From positions 144,643 through 168,642 of the forward strand of contig JAOARY010000051.1 in the NCBI GenBank assembly GCA_025210335.1: a DNA stretch of 24,000 nt. Direction: 5' to 3'. How positions within the stretch are numbered: the stretch's first letter is position 1; every line of letters begins with the position of its first letter. Under the pieces are notes generated by a model. That model did not search any database. It saw nothing but the letters and a program-made list of their open reading frames with translations, and was not told where the DNA came from. A program made the translations under genes and the position numbers. Origin of the DNA: Peptostreptococcaceae bacterium (GTDB lineage: Bacteria > Bacillota > Clostridia > Peptostreptococcales > Peptostreptococcaceae). Of the stretch, positions 9,545 through 15,814 are shown one piece after another.

Positions 9545-9886
9545 ATGATTAATTATTTTGAAATTAAATGTCATACGTTAGAAACTTTTTGTGATTATTT
9601 TGTAGTTGAAGAAAAAGGACTAGATGATGCGAAAACCTCAACCATTCTTCATAATCAAGCTATAATAGAGAAAGAAGATGTGAAATCTTTAATAATTTTA
9701 ACTACAGTCATTTATAATTATTTAAAGTTTAATAAAAAAAATAGTGATGAAAATTTAAGTGAATTAGAGAGAATAGAAAAAATTTATGAAAAAATAGAAT
9801 TAAAAAAATTTTTAAATGAGGAAGATATACATTATTTAGAAGAGGATATTAAATATATAAGAAATTATTGCGATAACTCAAAATAA
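9545..9886 (+). CDS. Hypothetical protein (113 aa, acidic/Lys-rich, no family recognised)
   Basis: ATG preceded by TAAGGAG, and an uninterrupted ORF. I could recognise no motif. Confidence 0.5.
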   Translation: MINYFEIKCHTLETFCDYFVVEEKGLDDAKTSTILHNQAIIEKEDVKSLIILTTVIYNYLKFNKKNSDENLSELERIEKIYEKIELKKFLNEEDIHYLEEDIKYIRNYCDNSK

Positions 9887-9921
9887 AGTAAAAAACTAAC
9901 AAACTATATTCCTTTAAAATC

Positions 9922-9950
9922 TTGTTTAGATAGTTATTATCTGATATAAT
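9922..9950 (+). promoter_or_regulatory. Promoter of the asp23-nusB-...-recN/spo0A gene string
   Basis: TTGTTT (9922-9927), a 17-nt spacer, then an extended -10 TGATATAAT (9942-9950). Confidence 0.6.
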
Positions 9951-9983
9951 TAAAAATTATAAGCTATCTTTGGAGGTGCTTTT

Positions 9984-10337
9984 ATGGAAGAAAAAGATTA
10001 TGGTCAAATTAAAATTTCTGAGGATGTTATAGGTACAATTGCTAACCTTGCAGCTTTAGAAATCACAGGAGTTTCTCAAATGCACGGAGGACTTACTGGA
10101 AACATAACAGAGATGCTAGGTAAGAAGAGTTTTACAAAAGGTGTTAGAGTAGAACTTGAAGAAGAAAAAGTAACTATAGATTTATATCTATTTATAGATT
10201 ATGGTGTTGTAATACCAGATGTATCTTGGAAGATACAAGAGAACGTAAAGAGTACGGTTGAGAACATGACTGGACTTAATGTTGAACTAGTAAATGTTCA
10301 CATTGAAGGAATTACATTTCAAAAGGAAGAAGAATAA
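9984..10337 (+). CDS. asp23: Asp23/Gls24 family envelope stress protein (alkaline shock protein)
   Basis: GQIKISEDVIGTIANLAALEITGV...VNVHIEGI matches the Asp23/DUF322 pattern. The gene is conserved upstream of nusB. Confidence 0.88.
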   Translation: MEEKDYGQIKISEDVIGTIANLAALEITGVSQMHGGLTGNITEMLGKKSFTKGVRVELEEEKVTIDLYLFIDYGVVIPDVSWKIQENVKSTVENMTGLNVELVNVHIEGITFQKEEE

Positions 10338-10340
10338 AAC

Positions 10341-10360
10341 CCTCTGATTCTTTTCAGAGG
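10341..10360 (+). other. Short hairpin between asp23 and nusB (weak terminator or attenuator candidate)
   Basis: CCTCTGA (10341-10347) / TCAGAGG (10354-10360), followed by TTTCCTTTTG, which is only a broken T tract. Confidence 0.3.
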
Positions 10361-10396
10361 TTTCCTTTTGCCCAAAAACGATTTTAGGAGGAAGTT

Positions 10397-10774
10397 ATGT
10401 CAAGAAAGCAAAAAAGAGAAAATTTGATGACTTTATTTTATCAAATGGAATTTATGGATGAGTTTAATGTAGATAAATTAAATTCATTTATGGAAGAAAA
10501 TAATATTAGTGATGAGTATTTTATGAGTGTTGCTAATAATTTTTTAAACAATAAAGAAGAAATAGACAAAAAAATTGATGAAAATATCAAGTGGAATATA
10601 TCAAGATTAGCTAAGGTTGATTTAAGTATATTAAGACTTGCTATAACGGAAATAACTTATATAGATGATGTTCCTAATAAGGTTGCGATAAACGAAGCGG
10701 TAGAACTTGCTAAGAAATTCTGTGACGAAAAATCATTTGCATTTATAAATGGTGTATTAGGAAGTGTTCTTTAA
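10397..10774 (+). CDS. nusB: Transcription antitermination factor NusB
   Basis: AGGAGG RBS. It has R-K-rich N-terminal residues followed by [11 protein letters not shown]...[11 protein letters not shown]...FINGVLG, the typical NusB core. Confidence 0.9.
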   Translation: MSRKQKRENLMTLFYQMEFMDEFNVDKLNSFMEENNISDEYFMSVANNFLNNKEEIDKKIDENIKWNISRLAKVDLSILRLAITEITYIDDVPNKVAINEAVELAKKFCDEKSFAFINGVLGSVL

Positions 10775-11717
10775 TTTGCAAAAGATAATAATAGGTTTAG
10801 ATACAAGCTGCTATACAACTTCGATAGCAGCTATAAATTTAAAGGGCGATATTATCCTTGATGAAAGGATAATGCTTGATGTCCAAAAATCTAAAAAAGG
10901 TTTAAGGCAATCACAGGCAGTGTTTATGCATCTTATGAATATCGAAAAATTAATAGACAAAATAGATTCAAATAAATATGAAATAGTAGCTATTTGTGGA
11001 TCTAAAAGCCCCAGGGATATAAAGGATTCTTATATGCCTGTTTTTAATGTCTCAAAAATCTTTGCTAAATCAATAGCTTTGTTTAGAGATGTGAAACTAT
11101 ATCATTGTTCACATCAACAAAATCATATAAGAGCAGGTCTTTATAATAATAAAGAACTAAAAGAACCATATATGGCTATTCAAATTTCTGGTGGAACATT
11201 AGAAATTCTTAGAGTTGATAAAGATATATCGATTAGCGGAAAGACATTAGATATTAGCTATGGTCAACTTATTGATAGGCTGGGTGTATTGATGGGATTT
11301 GATTTTCCTAGTGGCAAGTATTTAGATAATTTAGCATATGATTATTTTTTAGATTCTAATAATAAAAACAGAGTATTAAGAAATAAGGAAAAAATATCTA
11401 TAAAAGATGTAGATATTAATTTGTCAGGAATTGAAACAAAATTGAAAAAAGAGTATGATGAGTGTAAAGACAAAGAGTATATATCTGCAAAAGTAATGAA
11501 TTATATCAAAGAATCTTTATCAAAACTTATTGAAAAATCTTATGAAAAGGAAAAATTAAATGATTTTTTAATTGTTGGTGGAGTGTCTAGTAGTAAATTT
11601 TTAAGAAATGAAATTAAACTTGATTCAAATATAAATCTATATTTTGCAAAACAAGAATTCTCAAGTGATAATGCTCTTGGTTGTGCACTTATAGGTTTGG
11701 ATAAGTATTTGGGGTGA
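10764..11717 (+). CDS. Divergent TsaD/Kae1 (glycoprotease, peptidase M22) family ASKHA protein
   Basis: It is collinear with the TsaD motifs: GLDTSCYTT (cf. GIETSCDET), SHQQNH (HxxxH metal site), [25 protein letters not shown] and SSDNALG. The start is uncertain: GTG at 10764 overlaps the nusB end, or TTG at 10776. Confidence 0.6.
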   Translation: MFFNLQKIIIGLDTSCYTTSIAAINLKGDIILDERIMLDVQKSKKGLRQSQAVFMHLMNIEKLIDKIDSNKYEIVAICGSKSPRDIKDSYMPVFNVSKIFAKSIALFRDVKLYHCSHQQNHIRAGLYNNKELKEPYMAIQISGGTLEILRVDKDISISGKTLDISYGQLIDRLGVLMGFDFPSGKYLDNLAYDYFLDSNNKNRVLRNKEKISIKDVDINLSGIETKLKKEYDECKDKEYISAKVMNYIKESLSKLIEKSYEKEKLNDFLIVGGVSSSKFLRNEIKLDSNINLYFAKQEFSSDNALGCALIGLDKYLG

Positions 11718-12928
11718 ATCTATTGAAACTAAAAGCACTTAGTGTAAGTAAAGTCAATTCTTATATCAAAAGAATAATATTAAATGATCCTATTTTATAT
11801 AATATCAATATAGAAGGTGAGATATCGAATTTCAAAATCCATTCTAGTAACAATATATACTTTTCTTTAAAAGACGAAAAATCCAAAATCAATTGTATAA
11901 TGTTTAAGGATAAAGCTAGATTAAATGAGGATGTTATAAAGGATATAAAAGATGGAGATAAGGTATTAATAAGTGGGAATGTATCTATTTATGAAAAAGA
12001 AGGTAGTTATCAAGTTTATACTGATAAGATAACTAAAATAGGAATGGGGGATTTATATAAGGAATATTTAAGAATCAAAAATTCTTTGGAGCTTAAAGGT
12101 TATTTTGATAAATCAACTAAGAAAAAAATAAATAGAAGACCAAAAAAAATTGGTATTATAACTTCTGATACAGGTGCGGCTATTAGAGACATTATAGATG
12201 TAATATCAAGAAGATATAAATTTGCACAGCTTATCTTATATCCTTCCTTGGTTCAAGGAGACAAAGCTTATAGAAGTATTATAAATGGAATTGAATATTT
12301 TAATAATAAAAATAAAGTAGATACTATAATCCTTGGTAGAGGAGGGGGCTCAATAGAAGAACTATGGGCTTTTAATAGTGAAGAACTTGCATATAAGATA
12401 TATGAATCCAAAATTCCTATAATATCTGCTGTTGGACATGAAACCGACTTTACAATAGCTGATTTTGTGGCTGATTTAAGAGCTGCAACACCTTCAGTTG
12501 CTGGGGAACTTTGTGTTGAAGATTTTTTAGATATTGAATATGATATTTTGGATATGAAAAATAGACTTAAAAGTTCTATTACTAATAAGTTGGACAAATC
12601 ACTATCTTCTATGGAAAAGTTCAAGGCTAAGTTATTTACAAAGGATGTACTTAATTTAAATTATAAGTCTTTAGAAATAGATGCTTTATATGATAAATTA
12701 AATACTAGTATGGATAGAAGTTTAAAAAATAAAGAAACAAATTTAGCTAAATTATCAATTGTTTTAAATAATACAAATCCTTTTACACTTATGAATAAGG
12801 GATACTCTATTGTTAAAAAAAATGGTAAAATAATTAATGATATAGATAATATCAAAAAAGATGATAAAATAGATTTGGTATTAAAAAATGGTAGTGCAAA
12901 ACTTAAAGTTATAGATATTAATAAATAA
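11714..12928 (+). CDS. xseA: Exodeoxyribonuclease VII large subunit
   Basis: An N-terminal OB-fold region, IGIITSDTGAAIRD and LGRGGGSIEELWAFN motifs, and a coiled-coil C-terminal part. The start is GTG at 11714 or TTG at 11723. Confidence 0.92.
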   Translation: MNLLKLKALSVSKVNSYIKRIILNDPILYNINIEGEISNFKIHSSNNIYFSLKDEKSKINCIMFKDKARLNEDVIKDIKDGDKVLISGNVSIYEKEGSYQVYTDKITKIGMGDLYKEYLRIKNSLELKGYFDKSTKKKINRRPKKIGIITSDTGAAIRDIIDVISRRYKFAQLILYPSLVQGDKAYRSIINGIEYFNNKNKVDTIILGRGGGSIEELWAFNSEELAYKIYESKIPIISAVGHETDFTIADFVADLRAATPSVAGELCVEDFLDIEYDILDMKNRLKSSITNKLDKSLSSMEKFKAKLFTKDVLNLNYKSLEIDALYDKLNTSMDRSLKNKETNLAKLSIVLNNTNPFTLMNKGYSIVKKNGKIINDIDNIKKDDKIDLVLKNGSAKLKVIDINK

Positions 12929-12942
12929 AAGAGGCGATTTTT

Positions 12943-13155
12943 TTGGAAGAAAAAATTACATTTGAACAAGCGTATAAAAGGCTTGAAGAAGTTAGCGAAC
13001 TTTTAGAACAAGATATGAAAGACTTAAATGAATCTTTAAAATTATATGAAGAAGGAATTTCTCTTTATAGGATATGTAATGAATATTTAAATGATGCGAA
13101 GGTAAGAATCAAAAAAGTCAATGAAGATGAATCTTTAGAGGAATTTAAATTTTAA
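12943..13155 (+). CDS. xseB: Exodeoxyribonuclease VII small subunit
   Basis: 70 aa, with ITFEQAYKRLEEVSELLE...LEESLKLYEEG, typical of XseB. The start is TTG, after AAGAGG. Confidence 0.9.
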   Translation: MEEKITFEQAYKRLEEVSELLEQDMKDLNESLKLYEEGISLYRICNEYLNDAKVRIKKVNEDESLEEFKF

Positions 13156-13174
13156 TTGATGAGGGGATTTTAAA

Positions 13175-14065
13175 ATGGATTTTAAAAAAAGTTTAAAAGA
13201 AAGAAAAATATTATTTGAACAAAATTTAAAGAGTTTTATGCCAGATGAGGAAGGACTTTGTAAGACTTTATATGAATCAATGAATTATAGTCTAAAAGCT
13301 GGTGGAAAAAGATTAAGACCTATACTTCTTTTAGAAACATATAAATTATTTGGTGGTAAAGAAAGTGAACGTATAATGCCTTTTGCTGCTGCAATTGAGA
13401 TGATTCATACATATTCACTTATACATGATGATTTACCTTCTATGGATGATGATGACTTAAGAAGAGGAAAGCCAACAAACCACAAGATTTATGGGGAAGG
13501 TATTGCTGTTTTGGCTGGAGATGGACTTTTAAATGAAGCTTTTGAAATTATGGTAAAAGCCTCATTAAACTTAGATGACAAGGAAAGTGCATTAATGGCA
13601 ATGAATCATATTTGTGAAGGTAGTGGAACAAAAGGTATGATTGCAGGACAGGTTGTAGATTTAGAAAGTGAAAATAAGGATATAAACATAGATGTATTAA
13701 AATATATACATGAAAATAAAACAGGAAAGCTTATATTAAAACCTATGCTTGCTGGTGCGGTTCTTGCAGGAGCTAGTAAAGGGGAAATTGATAATGTAAA
13801 AACTTATGCAAAAAATATAGGTCAAGCTTTTCAAGTTATGGATGATATATTAGATATAGTTGGAGATCAAGATAAATTAGGCAAGAATATCGGTAGTGAT
13901 GAGGAAAATAATAAAGCAACTTATCCTAGTTTATTTGGTCTTGAAAAATCAAAAGAGATAGCAAATGAACTAATAGAAGATGCTAAACTTAGTTTAAAGA
14001 AACTAAATAAAGAAGATGAATTTTTGCTAAACCTTGCTGATTATATAGTAAATAGAGATTATTAG
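13175..14065 (+). CDS. ispA: Farnesyl diphosphate synthase (polyprenyl synthetase family)
   Basis: First Asp-rich motif IHDDLPSMDDDDLRRGKPT and second motif FQVMDDILD. Confidence 0.92.
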   Translation: MDFKKSLKERKILFEQNLKSFMPDEEGLCKTLYESMNYSLKAGGKRLRPILLLETYKLFGGKESERIMPFAAAIEMIHTYSLIHDDLPSMDDDDLRRGKPTNHKIYGEGIAVLAGDGLLNEAFEIMVKASLNLDDKESALMAMNHICEGSGTKGMIAGQVVDLESENKDINIDVLKYIHENKTGKLILKPMLAGAVLAGASKGEIDNVKTYAKNIGQAFQVMDDILDIVGDQDKLGKNIGSDEENNKATYPSLFGLEKSKEIANELIEDAKLSLKKLNKEDEFLLNLADYIVNRDY

Positions 14066-14077
14066 GGAGGAATACGA

Positions 14078-14527
14078 GTGCTGTTTTTTTCAAAATTACA
14101 ACAAAACGAACTTTTTTGGACTTGTGTTTTAGCTTGGTTTTTGGCACAATTAATAAAGGTTATTTTGACTTTTTTCTTTAAAAAGACTTTGGATTTATCA
14201 AGATTTGTTGGGTCAGGAGGAATGCCAAGTTCTCATTCTTCTTTTGTTACTAGTTTGGCAACTGGAATGGGAATTATAAAAGGTTATGATTCTCCTATGT
14301 TTGCAATGTGTTTGATTTTTGCTCTTATTGTTATGTATGATGCAGCTGGTGTAAGAAGGGCTGTTGGAAAACAAGCTAAGATAATAAATCAAATGGTTGA
14401 GGATTTACAAGAACATAAGTCAAATGTTTTTAATGAAAAACGCCTAAAAGAATTAGTGGGACATACTCCTGTTGAGGTGTTTTTTGGAGCATTACTAGGA
14501 ATAATAGTTGCAAATATAATGATTTAA
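14078..14527 (+). CDS. Divergent PAP2 family membrane protein (DUF212, acid phosphatase/vanadium haloperoxidase-related, YuiD-like)
   Basis: GTG start after GGGAGG. It has several hydrophobic helices and the diagnostic GGMPSSHS and YDAAGVRR motifs. Confidence 0.75.
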   Translation: MLFFSKLQQNELFWTCVLAWFLAQLIKVILTFFFKKTLDLSRFVGSGGMPSSHSSFVTSLATGMGIIKGYDSPMFAMCLIFALIVMYDAAGVRRAVGKQAKIINQMVEDLQEHKSNVFNEKRLKELVGHTPVEVFFGALLGIIVANIMI

Positions 14528-14533
14528 AAAAAC

Positions 14534-14552
14534 TTATAGCGTATGCTATAAT
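14534..14552 (+). promoter_or_regulatory. Ambiguous element at the 5' edge of the large RNA: a 7-bp hairpin and/or an extended -10 promoter
   Basis: TTATAGC (14534-14540) GTAT GCTATAA (14545-14551), flanked by an A run and a T-rich tail, looks like a terminator. The same bases read TGCTATAAT (14544-14552), a perfect extended -10, placing a start at about 14559, where the RNA closing helix begins. Confidence 0.4.
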
Positions 14553-14558
14553 TTAATT

Positions 14559-15154
14559 ATTAGGTGATACAGTATTCTAGTCATATTTTTTATTCTTGAA
14601 GGCGGGGCTAAAAATCCGTCAAAGGGCATATCGATGAAGTTTCTTGTTGAGGCTTGTGACGCCCAGTTATGGGTCTTTTCAGGGAGTAAAGAAATAGGGG
14701 GCGATCTGCAACGGCATGCGGGCGATGACCCTCGTTTCGTGGAGACTAGTTTGTAATATAACTAGAGAAACCTAAGCCGCTTTTATAAATTGATCATATT
14801 TTAAGGAGCCATACGACGATTTGTGGAATGCTTAGAGTAGCCTGCCTTGAGGTGGAATTTGGGGAAAGAAAGATCAGGTTTGATTTTTTTGGCGCTAAAA
14901 AATCAAATCATTGCTTTCAAAAACTTCTTCTGCAAAAGAGGCTAGGGAATAAAAAGGATGTTAAGGAAAACTTCTAGACTGAAAGTAAGGTAGGGATTGA
15001 AGTGTGGTCTAAGTGGTAGTCCAGTCTTATATGTGGTAACAGTATAAAAATGATTTTAAAAGGAAACTGCTTTCTTGGCGACATCAAAGTAATCTTTTGG
15101 GAAATCCTACTGGACCTAAAGCCGCAGAATTTATCTATCTTACCATCACCTAAT
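14559..15154 (+). ncRNA. ole: Large (about 600 nt) structured non-coding RNA, OLE (ornate large extremophilic) RNA class by size, structure and synteny
   Basis: No ORF of 60 aa or more on either strand across 14528-15226. Hand-counted G+C is 216/530 over 14601-15130, against 17/60 in the adjacent CDS. A 10-bp closing helix joins 14559-14568 and 15145-15154, and there are several internal helices, some needing G-U pairs valid only on the + strand. The element sits between ispA and a 4-TM protein followed by dxs, as described for ole-oapA. Ends are approximate (about +/-30 nt). Confidence 0.78.
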
Positions 15155-15161
15155 CTTATAT

Positions 15162-15215
15162 ATTTAATTTATATGAAAATAATTTTTTAAAAGATTTTTT
15201 TCATATAAATTAAAT
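15162..15215 (+). other. Perfect 18-bp A/U-only hairpin between the RNA and the oapA RBS
   Basis: ATTTAATTTATATGAAAA (15162-15179) is the exact reverse complement of TTTTCATATAAATTAAAT (15198-15215), with an 18-nt loop. The 3' arm ends 1 nt before GAGGTGG (15216-15222). No U tract follows. Confidence 0.6.
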
Positions 15216-15226
15216 GAGGTGGTTAT

Positions 15227-15814
15227 TTGGACAGGAAGAATTCAAATATTAAATGGGTTATATTGGTTACAATAACGAGTTTTTTTCTTGGAATATTGAT
15301 AAGTATTGGTTCGGATTTATTGCTTAGAAAATCGAATATAGTGATTGCTTTTATAATACTTTTTATAATTGTTTTAATTGGTATTGTTTTTGATGCACTT
15401 GGGATTGCAGCAACTTCATGTGAGGAAAAAAGTTTTCATTCTATGGCTTCGTGTGGGATATTAGAAGCAAAAGCGGCTATTAGAGTTGTTAGAAATGCTA
15501 GTGTTGTATCTAGTGTTTGTAGTGATGTTGTTGGAGATATATGTGGAGTTATAAGTGGAGCTGCTGCTGCTACTATTGTTATCAAGATTGTTCAGATTTA
15601 TGGATTCTCCACTGTTTCTGTGCTTAGTATATTAAGTAGTGCATTTATTGCAGCTATAACCATAGGTGGTAAAGCGTTAGGTAAAGAGATTGCTATAAAT
15701 AATTCAAAAAAAATTGTATATAAACTCGGGATTATTCTTTTTAAAATAGAGAATATACTTGGGTTTAAGCTTTTGAAGTTAAACAGCAAGAAGAAGAGGG
15801 TGAAAAGATGCTAG
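15227..15814 (+). CDS. oapA: Small 4-TM membrane protein, OLE-associated protein A (OapA) candidate
   Basis: TTG start 4 nt after GAGGTGG. 195 aa with four hydrophobic segments (WVILVTITSFFLGILISIG, IVIAFIILFIIVLIGIVFDALGIAA, VVGDICGVISGAAAATIVIKIV, VSVLSILSSAFIAAITIGG) and a basic tail, KLNSKKKRVKRC. It lies immediately 3' of the RNA and overlaps the dxs start by 7 nt. Confidence 0.7.
   Translation: MDRKNSNIKWVILVTITSFFLGILISIGSDLLLRKSNIVIAFIILFIIVLIGIVFDALGIAATSCEEKSFHSMASCGILEAKAAIRVVRNASVVSSVCSDVVGDICGVISGAAAATIVIKIVQIYGFSTVSVLSILSSAFIAAITIGGKALGKEIAINNSKKIVYKLGIILFKIENILGFKLLKLNSKKKRVKRC

Noticed and set aside
14958-14993. A tiny ORF inside the large RNA: ATG 14958 to TAG 14991-14993, 11 aa (MLRKTSRLKVR).
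   Set aside because: It has no properly spaced RBS, it is very short, and it sits within predicted helices. There is no reason to prefer coding over structural RNA.
14559-15154. Alternative identities for the structured region: RNase P RNA, tmRNA, 6S RNA, SRP RNA, a T-box or riboswitch leader, a group II intron, or ROOL/GOLLD-type RNAs.
   Set aside because: It lacks the RNase P GAGGAAAGUCC-type motif, a tmRNA tag frame or CCA-like end, and group II GUGYG 5' and domain V features; GAGCCATACGACG at 14807-14819 is only a loose resemblance. It is too long for 6S, SRP or any known riboswitch leader. ROOL and GOLLD are usually prophage- or tRNA-associated, whereas this context (ispA...oapA-dxs) is the OLE signature.
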